DNA of 64,000 bases. It comes from Candidatus Aminicenantes bacterium UBA1061. Its GTDB lineage: Bacteria > Acidobacteriota > Aminicenantia > Aminicenantales > Saccharicenantaceae. The stretch spans positions 66,731 through 130,730 of the forward strand of contig DCDG01000022.1 of the NCBI GenBank assembly GCA_002316315.1, written 5' to 3'. Of the stretch, positions 56,532 through 64,000 are shown one piece after another. Every line of letters begins with the position of its first letter. Within the stretch, counting starts at the first letter, position 1. Below the pieces are notes generated by a model. It had not been told where the DNA came from. It saw nothing but the letters and a program-made list of their open reading frames with translations, and searched no databases. A program made the translations under genes and the position numbers.

Positions 56532-57506
56532 ATGATGAAAGAAAGACTTGATTTTTATTCCCTGGAGAGACCTCTGGTAGCTATTAAGGATCAGATTGAT
56601 GCCCTGGAAGCCAGCGAGGATTCCAACCGGAAAGAAAAAATAGCCGCCTTGAGAGCTCAGCTGGAAAAAGAGTGGGCAAAAATTGTTCCGAAATTGACAG
56701 CTGTCCATATTGTCCAGATTGCCCGTCACCCGCGCCGGCCCTACACACTCGACTACATCAACGCTCTGTTCCAGGACTTTATGGAATTCCACGGCGACCG
56801 GCGCTTTGCCGATGACCCGGCAATTATTTCCGGCCTGGCTTTTTACAAGGGTCAGACCGTAGCCGTCATTGGCCACCAGAAAGGCCGCACAACTAAAGCC
56901 CGGATTGAACGAAACTTTGCCCAGCCCAATCCCGAAGGTTATCGCAAAGCACTGAGGATTATGCAGATGGCAGAAAAATTCGGTTTTCCGGTCATAACTT
57001 TTGTTGACACGCCGGGTGCCTACCCTGGAATTGGAGCCGAAGAGAGAGGGCAGGCCGAAGCTATAGCCTATAATCTTAAGGTTATCTCCCGCCTGCAAAC
57101 TCCTATCATAAATATCATCATCGGAGAAGGGGGAAGCGGCGGCGGCCTGGGCATAGGCTTTGGCGACACTTTGTTAATGCTCGAATATGCCTTCTATTCG
57201 GTCATCTCCCCGGAAGGCTGTGCGGCTATTCTGTGGAAAGATCAAGGACCGTCGGCCGTCGAACAAGCAGCTGAGAATCTCGGCCTGCGGGCTCAAAAAC
57301 TTTATGAACTGGGCATTATTGACAAAATCATTCTGGAACCGCCAGGTGCTGCTCATATGGATTACGAAACGACTTTTAAGAACGTTGATAAGCAGCTAAA
57401 TCTGACCCTAAAGAAGCTTCAGCAGCCAAATCTGACGGATCTTCTGGATGAACGTTATCGAAAGATCAGACGCCAGGGGATTTTCGAAACGAAGAAGAGT
57501 CAATAA
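56532..57506 (+). CDS. accA: Acetyl-CoA carboxylase carboxyltransferase subunit alpha.
   Basis: Characteristic AccA blocks: ARHPRRPYTLDYI, FVDTPGAYPG, AEERGQAEAIA, and IGEGGSGGAL-like IGEGGSGGGL. Confidence 0.95.
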   Translation: MMKERLDFYSLERPLVAIKDQIDALEASEDSNRKEKIAALRAQLEKEWAKIVPKLTAVHIVQIARHPRRPYTLDYINALFQDFMEFHGDRRFADDPAIISGLAFYKGQTVAVIGHQKGRTTKARIERNFAQPNPEGYRKALRIMQMAEKFGFPVITFVDTPGAYPGIGAEERGQAEAIAYNLKVISRLQTPIINIIIGEGGSGGGLGIGFGDTLLMLEYAFYSVISPEGCAAILWKDQGPSAVEQAAENLGLRAQKLYELGIIDKIILEPPGAAHMDYETTFKNVDKQLNLTLKKLQQPNLTDLLDERYRKIRRQGIFETKKSQ

Positions 57507-57599
57507 TCGGGCAAAAAGAATTTAATAGCCAGCGGCAGGCCATTATCATGACCACCAAAAACTGTGATGAATAATCGTGAATAAGAAGGTTGGGATAAA

Positions 57600-58895
57600 A
57601 TGAGCAGCAAGCAAAACGAACAAGCTATCTCCCCCATTAAGGGCATGCGAGACATACTGCCCGAAGAAGCCAGGCTATGGCAGATGGTAGAAGCCTCCGC
57701 CCGAAAAATCTTTGAGCTTTATGGCTTCCGTGAGCTGCGAGCCCCCATTCTGGAGCCAACCGAGCTTTTTGAAAGGGGCACCGGAGCTTCTTCTGATATT
57801 GTCACCAAGGAAATGTATACCTTTACTGACAAAGGTGGACGCTCGGTCACCCTGCGTCCGGAGTATACTCCTTCCGTGGTTAGAGCCATCATTGAACACC
57901 GCCTTGATCTTCAGCCACTCCCTCTTCGTTTTTATTATACCGGACCAATGTTTCGCTATGACCGCCCGCAGAAAGGGCGCTACCGTCAGTTCCATCAGAT
58001 AGATGTTGAAGTGTTTGGCGAACAGGATGCAGCCATTGATGCCGAGATTATTGAAATGGCTTACCGTTTCTTCCAGGAAGTCAAAGTCGAAGGTGTCAGT
58101 ACCCTGGTCAATTCAGTTGGCTGTCCACGGTGCCGACCAGCTTATGGACAGGCTCTGAGGGAAGCTGCAACTAAAGCCAGCGATAGGCTCTGCACTGATT
58201 GCCAGAGAAAAGCTGAAATAAATCCATTGCGGATTTTTGACTGCAAGCAGGAAAGCTGTCAGGAAGCGGCCAGAACCTTCCCCAGGATCACCGATTACCT
58301 GTGCGAGGAGTGCCGGGAACATTTTAAAAAGTTCCTGAGCTACCTGGATCTTTATCAGCTGCCTTACCGGATAGAACCGACTCTTGTCCGAGGCCTCGAC
58401 TACTATACCAAAACCACTTTTGAGCTGGTGGTGGAAAATCTTGGTGCTCAGAATGCCATCGGCGGTGGCGGTCGCTATGACAATATGGTCAAAGAGTTTG
58501 GCGGACCGGATTTATGCGGCACCGGACTGGCCATTGGACTGGAGAGGCTCCTCCTCGTCTCGAAGCTGGAAGCGCCCGCTCCAGATTTTGCCTATTTCGC
58601 TTACAGCGGTGAGCAGGCCAGGCAGGCCAGCCTGCTGGCTGCCCGCTATTTCCGCACCCTGGGGATTCCCTGTATCATAGAGTTCAAAGAGAGAAGCTGG
58701 AAAGCCCACTTCAGCCGGGCCAACAAAATCGGTGCGACCTGGACGGTTATTATCGGCGAAGATGAGCTGTCCTCAGGAGAATACCAGCTCAAGGATATGC
58801 TGGAATCAAAACAATATAAAGGAACGATCGAACAGCTGACGCAAATTGTCATTGAAAAAGAGAAAGCGCGACAGGGCATTCTCGGAAGGGATTAA
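57600..58895 (+). CDS. hisS: Histidine--tRNA ligase.
   Basis: Class II motifs: GMRDILPEE, motif 2 FRYDRPQKGRYRQFHQ, motif 3 GGGRYD, and a C-terminal anticodon-binding domain. Confidence 0.95.
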   Translation: MSSKQNEQAISPIKGMRDILPEEARLWQMVEASARKIFELYGFRELRAPILEPTELFERGTGASSDIVTKEMYTFTDKGGRSVTLRPEYTPSVVRAIIEHRLDLQPLPLRFYYTGPMFRYDRPQKGRYRQFHQIDVEVFGEQDAAIDAEIIEMAYRFFQEVKVEGVSTLVNSVGCPRCRPAYGQALREAATKASDRLCTDCQRKAEINPLRIFDCKQESCQEAARTFPRITDYLCEECREHFKKFLSYLDLYQLPYRIEPTLVRGLDYYTKTTFELVVENLGAQNAIGGGGRYDNMVKEFGGPDLCGTGLAIGLERLLLVSKLEAPAPDFAYFAYSGEQARQASLLAARYFRTLGIPCIIEFKERSWKAHFSRANKIGATWTVIIGEDELSSGEYQLKDMLESKQYKGTIEQLTQIVIEKEKARQGILGRD

Positions 58896-58898
58896 GCT

Positions 58899-60689
58899 AT
58901 GGGCAACAACAGTCAGCAAAATAAATCTCAATCGGCTTCGAGGACAGATTATTGCGGCCAGCTCGAGGCCAGCGATGTCGGCCGGGAAGTGGTTTTAAAG
59001 GGCTGGGTACAGAGAGTACGCGACCTCGGGAGTCTGGTGTTTATTGACCTCCGTGACCGAACCGGTCTTGTTCAACTGGTCGCCAGAAATAGTCAGCCTG
59101 AACTGCTTGATGAAGCGAAAAAGCTACGCTGTGAGTATGTCGTCGAAGCCAGAGGGCTGGTCAACCGGAGAGAACCAGCGGCCATTAACCGGCAGATGGC
59201 CACCGGTGAAATCGAAGTCGAAATATCCGGACTCAAGGTTTTGAACAGCTCCGCTGTTCCACCTTTTGTGATCGCCGATCCGCCTCAAGCGGCAGAAGAG
59301 CTACGGCTTAAATACCGTTACCTCGATTTAAGACGGCCTTCGATGCAGAAAAATCTTATTCTCCGCCATCAGGCCGCACTGGCCACCAGGAATTATCTAA
59401 ACCAGCAGGGTTTTCTGGAGATTGAAACACCTTTCCTCACTAAAAGCACACCGGAGGGGGCCAGGGATTATCTCGTTCCCAGCCGCCTTCATCCCGGAAA
59501 ATTTTATGCGTTGCCTCAGTCCCCGCAGCTTTTCAAGCAAATTTTGATGATCGCCGGTTTCGATCGCTATTTTCAAATTGTCCGCTGTTTTCGGGACGAA
59601 GACTTGAGAGCTGACCGCCAGCCGGAATTTACCCAGATTGATATCGAAATGAGCTTTATTGAACGAGAAGATATCTACCACCTTATCGAAGGATTAATGG
59701 AAAAGCTTTTTGCCCTGAATGGAGAAAAGATCAGCCGGCCATTTTCCCGTCTGACTTATGCTGAGGCTATGGACCATTACGGCACAGATAAGCCTGACCT
59801 CAGGGACTCTATTGCCATAGAGGATTTAAGCGAACTTGGCCGGAATCTTAATTCCGAGTTGATTAAATCAGCTCTGGACAGCGGCGGCGTGCTAAGAGGC
59901 TTGCTGGTCGAGGGAGGGGCTGAACTTTCGCGCTCCCACCTGGACAGGCTGCAGGAAAAAGCTAAGTCTCTGGGAGCCCCTGGTTTGATCTGGGTCAAAA
60001 GAAGTGAGGGGAGTTTTAAATCATCCTTAAAGTTGGCTGAAGATGAACTGCGTCTTCTCACGGAAAAACTTCAGGCCCGGGATGGCGACCTGGCGTTACT
60101 TATTGCTTCTCCACGCGAAACGGCGATTAAAGTCCTGGGCGAATTGAGAAGCAATTTTATAGCCGAAAAAATAAAGACAGGGAAAATCAATAAAAACAGC
60201 CGCGCTTTTGGCTGGATCACCGACTTTCCTCTCTTTGAATGGAGCGAAGAGGAGAAAAGGATTGTTTCCATGCATCACCCTTTTACTTCCCCTGATCCGA
60301 CTGACCTCGACCACCTGGAGAGCGAACCGCTCCGGGTCAAATCACTGGCTTATGATCTGGTACTCAATGGCTATGAAGTCGGGGGCGGCTCCATCAGAAT
60401 TCACCAGCCGGAGCTCCAGTCCAGAATTTTTAAAGTGCTTGGCCTTTCGCCCGAGCAGGCCAGACAGAAATTTGGCTTCTTTTTAGAAGCTCTAACCTAT
60501 GGTGCGCCACCTCACGGAGGAATTGCTCTTGGTTTTGACCGGCTGGTTATGCTGCTCTGTAACCTTGATTCTATTCGCGAGGTGATTCCTTTTCCCAAGA
60601 CAACGAGTGCCTTGTGCCTCATGACCGACTCGCCCTCAGAAGTGGACGAAAAGCAACTGGCCGAGCTGGGCATTAAACTCTGTAAGTGA
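58899..60689 (+). CDS. aspS: Aspartate--tRNA ligase.
   Basis: OB-fold N-terminus, class II motifs ([35 protein letters not shown]), and a GAD insertion. 596 aa. It starts 3 nt after the hisS stop. Confidence 0.95.
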   Translation: MGNNSQQNKSQSASRTDYCGQLEASDVGREVVLKGWVQRVRDLGSLVFIDLRDRTGLVQLVARNSQPELLDEAKKLRCEYVVEARGLVNRREPAAINRQMATGEIEVEISGLKVLNSSAVPPFVIADPPQAAEELRLKYRYLDLRRPSMQKNLILRHQAALATRNYLNQQGFLEIETPFLTKSTPEGARDYLVPSRLHPGKFYALPQSPQLFKQILMIAGFDRYFQIVRCFRDEDLRADRQPEFTQIDIEMSFIEREDIYHLIEGLMEKLFALNGEKISRPFSRLTYAEAMDHYGTDKPDLRDSIAIEDLSELGRNLNSELIKSALDSGGVLRGLLVEGGAELSRSHLDRLQEKAKSLGAPGLIWVKRSEGSFKSSLKLAEDELRLLTEKLQARDGDLALLIASPRETAIKVLGELRSNFIAEKIKTGKINKNSRAFGWITDFPLFEWSEEEKRIVSMHHPFTSPDPTDLDHLESEPLRVKSLAYDLVLNGYEVGGGSIRIHQPELQSRIFKVLGLSPEQARQKFGFFLEALTYGAPPHGGIALGFDRLVMLLCNLDSIREVIPFPKTTSALCLMTDSPSEVDEKQLAELGIKLCK

Positions 60690-60872
60690 GAGCCCTGTTC
60701 TAGCTCATTCCCGTTTGCCGCTTTACTGTTCTCAGAATTCAGGGCTGGAAGCTGACTTTTTATTACCCATTAATGCCTTATTTTGAATTTTCGCTATCTA
60801 TACAAAAGTATAAAGAATGCTGAGGATAATGCCAATCTTTTCGTCCTGGGCTTTATTCAAGGTTGGAAAACA

Positions 60873-60925
60873 CAAAAAAAGAGGGGCCAGCCCGGCGGCC
60901 AGCCCCTCTTGATCTCATTTTTGAA
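60873..60925. terminator. Probable bidirectional intrinsic terminator between the convergent aspS and M16 peptidase genes.
   Basis: aaaaaaAGAGGGGC-cagcccggcggcca-GCCCCTCTtgatctcattttt. A GC-rich 8-bp stem is flanked by an A-run on the 5' side and a T-rich tract on the 3' side. Confidence 0.45.
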
Positions 60926-61049
60926 ACAGTGTTCAGTCAGCTCAACTCTTTATCATCCAGCGTCTGTTCTTGACTTGTATCTTTAGCTACATCACTTGTC
61001 TCTTTCTGATCGTCAGCCTAAAACTCACTGACCTCGCTTGTGGTCTTGC

Positions 61050-62516
61050 TTATTCCACCAGCTGGCCGGTCAGAGGATCAAGCAATTTTACCTGGTGAAC
61101 TTTGCCCAGTCTGTCGAGCGGGCCAGGGAACTTTTCTGAGCCCTGGTTACAAGGTTCGAAGTCACCAACAATCATGATGACCATTTTATCCGGATGAATA
61201 TATTTTTGAGCCACTTCCATAACCTTTTCCTTGGTCACAGCCTTAATCTTATCCCGGTAAGTAGCATAATAATTCATCGGCTTGCCCTGCATTTCCAGGC
61301 TGGCAAAATTGATCATCGTTCTGGACGCGCTCTGGAAGAAATCAGTAAAGCTTTCCAGGAAATAATTAACAGCTGTTTCCATTTCTGCATCTGATACAGG
61401 TTCCTGCCGGATGCGTTCAAATTCCTTTAGAATCAAAGAAATAGCATACCCAACAGTCGATGACTTGGTTTGAACATAGCCGGCCATGGTTCCAGGGAAG
61501 CCCCAGCGATAGGTGAAACGGCTGCCGCAATTATAGGCCAGGCCCTCATCTGACCTGACCTTGGAGGTAATCCTGGAAGTAAAGCTGCCACCGCCAAGAA
61601 TAAAATTCATTACCTGCACAGCAAAATAATCTGGATTGGTATCTTCGAGACCAAGATGGCCAATATTAATATAGCCCTGGTTTATTTTTTTCTGAACGAA
61701 ATATACGCCTGGCTCAGGCTGAGGAAAAGTTTTAGCGGTCTCCGGGAAGCTTAAAGGCTGATTGGCCCATTTTGAGGCATATTTATTGATTTTGGTTCTT
61801 AACTGATTACGGTTGAAATCGCCCGCACCAGCCAGAATGATGTTTTTGGGGAAGAAATATTTTTTGTGGAAAGCTTTAAGATCAGCCTGATTAATTGACT
61901 CAACCGTCGCTTTGGTTGCCTGGTAGGTAAGCGGACAATCACCATAGAGAACTTTTTCGAACTCCCGGCTCAGCACCAGACTCGGGTTATCGTTGGCTCC
62001 ACGCATCTGCTCAATGATTTTGCCTTTGGCCAGCTTCAGGCTGTCTTCCCGGAATTCAGGATTCATCAATAGATCAAAGAAAATATCCAGCCCTTCATCC
62101 AGGTCTTTGCTCAGGATAGACATACTAAGTGTAGCTGTTCTCTCACCGACTGAAAAATTGATTGTTCCCCCAAGAAAATCCAGCCGTTCTTCAATCGCCG
62201 AACCTGTCCTGGTCTTGGTCCCGCCTTTAATCAGGCACTCAGACAGGACAGATCCCAGCCCGGCTTTATCCTTGGGAGCATAAAGGCTTCCGGTATTGAT
62301 CATCGCCGTGATGTTAACGATGGGCAGGGATTTGTCCTCCTGGATGTAGCCGCGGAGGCCATTGCTCATCATCATCCGAAAACTGGAAGGTTGGGGTGGT
62401 TCAAATTGAAGTGGAGGGAACTTCAAATTTTCCGGCCTGGTAACCTGAGCAGTGACGACACCAGCTGCCATAACCAGGAACAAAAGCCCGAAAATCAAAA
62501 TAGTTTTTTTCTTCAT
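61050..62516 (-). CDS. M16-family peptidase-like protein lacking the HxxEH zinc motif (likely the non-catalytic partner subunit).
   Basis: 488 aa. Signal peptide. M16 fold blocks are present, but no H-x-x-E-H. It lies directly downstream of a catalytic M16 gene (12-bp gap). Confidence 0.75.
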   Translation of the reverse strand: MKKKTILIFGLLFLVMAAGVVTAQVTRPENLKFPPLQFEPPQPSSFRMMMSNGLRGYIQEDKSLPIVNITAMINTGSLYAPKDKAGLGSVLSECLIKGGTKTRTGSAIEERLDFLGGTINFSVGERTATLSMSILSKDLDEGLDIFFDLLMNPEFREDSLKLAKGKIIEQMRGANDNPSLVLSREFEKVLYGDCPLTYQATKATVESINQADLKAFHKKYFFPKNIILAGAGDFNRNQLRTKINKYASKWANQPLSFPETAKTFPQPEPGVYFVQKKINQGYINIGHLGLEDTNPDYFAVQVMNFILGGGSFTSRITSKVRSDEGLAYNCGSRFTYRWGFPGTMAGYVQTKSSTVGYAISLILKEFERIRQEPVSDAEMETAVNYFLESFTDFFQSASRTMINFASLEMQGKPMNYYATYRDKIKAVTKEKVMEVAQKYIHPDKMVIMIVGDFEPCNQGSEKFPGPLDRLGKVHQVKLLDPLTGQLVE

Positions 62517-62528
62517 GATTATCCCTCC

Positions 62529-64000
62529 TTATCTCGCCTGACCCCGGGAATAGATGGCCACCAGGGAATTATCCTTATCAAAATACTTATTAGCCACTTT
62601 CTTGATATCATCAGAGGTAACCTTTTTTATATCTTCCAGATCCGTTAAGAGTGAACGCCAGCCACGGTTAAGTTCTGCCCGACCGATCCTTGAGGCCAAA
62701 AACATCGGAGATTCGAGGCTGCGAATAAAGGCGGCTTCAGTCTTATTTTTGGCTTTCTGCAACTCTTCCGGCATCACACCATCCTTTTTAATTTTGTCAA
62801 TTTCTTCCCAGATAGCCTTTTCGACTTCCTCCGGCTTGGCTGCCGCCTGAAGTTTCGGGATGATACTAAAGGTGAAAGCACCGGCGTACCACTGAGGCCG
62901 GCTCATGGCCATGGCTCTGATAGCCAGGTCTTTTTCTTTGACCAGCGATTTGTTCAGCCGGCCAGTTTCCCCGGAAAGAATGCTGGATAGAAGATTGAGA
63001 GCCGGCACATCAGGATCGCCATCAGGCGGAATGTGGAACCAGAGTTGAAAGCTGGGCATACCTGGCCCCTGGCCATACATCCTTTTTTCAGAATATTGTG
63101 GAGGCTCGCCTGTTCTAATCGGCTCGACATCGGGTGCCTTGGGAATAGCCCCAAAATATTTTTCGGCCAGGGAAATAATGGCCTCTGGTTTAACATCACC
63201 GACATAGATAGCAATGGCATTGTTGGGGACATAATATTGATCATGGAACTCAATCAGATCATCTTTGTTGACTTTCTTCAGATCATCCATCCAGCCGATG
63301 ACTTCCCAGTGATAAGGAGAGGCTGCATAAAAAGCAGCATTGACCTGTTCATTGAAATAAAAGCCGGGCTGATTTTCGCTCAGCCGTCTCTCTTCCATGA
63401 TGACATCTTTTTCTGAATAAAACTCCCGAAAATAGGCATTCATCATACGGTCAGATTCCAGCAGCATCTGCAACTCAACTTTATTGGAAGGCAAGGTGAC
63501 ATAATAGCCAGTCACCTCGCTTGAGGTTGAGGCATTGAGACCGGTGCCACCATTTTTCATATAAGTTTCCCACAGGTCATCTTTGATGATGTATTTTTTC
63601 TCGGCTTTAATCAGTTCATCCACCTGCTTCTGCCATTCAGCAATTTTGGCCTGATCGCCATCCTTTTTCCAGTACTTTTCTCGATAAATCTTGTTCATCA
63701 GGTCATCAATCTGGCGATTCAGGGCATTGTCGGCCTCAAAATCAGTTACTCCCATTATCCTGGTACCCTTGAACATCATGTGTTCATGAATATGGGCCAG
63801 GCCGGTTGTTCCGGGACGCTCGTTGATTGAGCCTACCTTATAATAGATATGGCAGACAACTCTCGGCACACCTGGCTTGGGAATCATTAAAATCTTCATC
63901 CCGTTGGTCAGGACATGCTCTTTCACCTCGAGCTTAACCTGAGCCTGCCCCGGACCGGACAGAGCTAGAACCATAAGGGCCGTTAAAAAGATACTCGACA
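62529..64000 (-). CDS. M16-family zinc metallopeptidase (pitrilysin/insulinase-like), 5' end beyond the window.
   Basis: Inverted zinc-binding motif HIHEHMMFKGT (HxxEH), with the downstream E of the EERRLSENQ-type region. The reading frame stays open to position 64000 with signal-peptide-like residues, so it is N-terminally truncated by the window edge. Confidence 0.8.
   Translation of the reverse strand, partial: SSIFLTALMVLALSGPGQAQVKLEVKEHVLTNGMKILMIPKPGVPRVVCHIYYKVGSINERPGTTGLAHIHEHMMFKGTRIMGVTDFEADNALNRQIDDLMNKIYREKYWKKDGDQAKIAEWQKQVDELIKAEKKYIIKDDLWETYMKNGGTGLNASTSSEVTGYYVTLPSNKVELQMLLESDRMMNAYFREFYSEKDVIMEERRLSENQPGFYFNEQVNAAFYAASPYHWEVIGWMDDLKKVNKDDLIEFHDQYYVPNNAIAIYVGDVKPEAIISLAEKYFGAIPKAPDVEPIRTGEPPQYSEKRMYGQGPGMPSFQLWFHIPPDGDPDVPALNLLSSILSGETGRLNKSLVKEKDLAIRAMAMSRPQWYAGAFTFSIIPKLQAAAKPEEVEKAIWEEIDKIKKDGVMPEELQKAKNKTEAAFIRSLESPMFLASRIGRAELNRGWRSLLTDLEDIKKVTSDDIKKVANKYFDKDNSLVAIYSRGQAR

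Noticed and set aside
56409-57098. 229-aa minus-strand ORF spanning the accA promoter and 5' half
   Set aside because: It is antisense to the unmistakable accA coding sequence. Its start falls in the AT-rich promoter region. Its composition is shadow-like, with many Gly/Leu from the complementary codons.
1-64000. Search for CRISPR arrays, tRNA/rRNA genes, integrases, transposases or IS inverted repeats
   Set aside because: There are no spaced direct repeats of 24-48 bp and no cloverleaf-compatible tRNA candidates in intergenic regions. No recombinase or transposase motifs appear in any ORF. The only mobility or defence trace is the decayed AbiEii fragment.

Overview
The window is 64 kb of bacterial chromosome. 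A B12-regulated TonB-dependent receptor and β-barrel outer-membrane proteins suggest a Gram-negative, probably uncultivated, organism. GC content looks even along the window at roughly 47-50%. It is gene-dense on both strands, with no rRNA, tRNA or CRISPR visible.

Most of the window is recognisable housekeeping:
- DNA repair and recombination: uvrA, recA, radC, ogt.
- C1 metabolism and translation: fhs, gltX, hisS, aspS, rlmB.
- Central and lipid metabolism: accA, ilvE, mgsA, an acyl-CoA ligase, a Pat-type protein acetyltransferase.
- Transport: ABC transporters, a PadR-CDF-P-type ATPase metal-efflux operon, mntP.
- A pair of M16 peptidases at the 3' end, the second truncated by the window edge.

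Three regions stand out:
1. 1-7965: a same-strand tandem array of four paralogous Sec-secreted proteins from a family I cannot place. A 5'-truncated upstream ORF abuts it, and a truncated AbiEii-like nucleotidyltransferase remnant lies just downstream. One copy carries a roughly 400-aa insertion (TPR-like helical region followed by a Gln/Ala/Thr/Gly/Pro-rich disordered linker).
2. 23.7-24.3 kb: an orphan promoter-terminator unit (candidate sRNA or micro-ORF), immediately followed by a clear cobalamin riboswitch in front of a btuB-like TonB receptor.
3. 30.4-34.2 kb: a minus-strand operon, acpS, then an Acs-like AMP-forming ligase, a dedicated ACP, and an α-oxoamine synthase (Spt/Kbl/BioF family). 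This is the gene set of bacterial sphingoid-base or amino-lipid biosynthesis.

All annotations come from reading the translated ORFs and the DNA motifs. No database search was possible.
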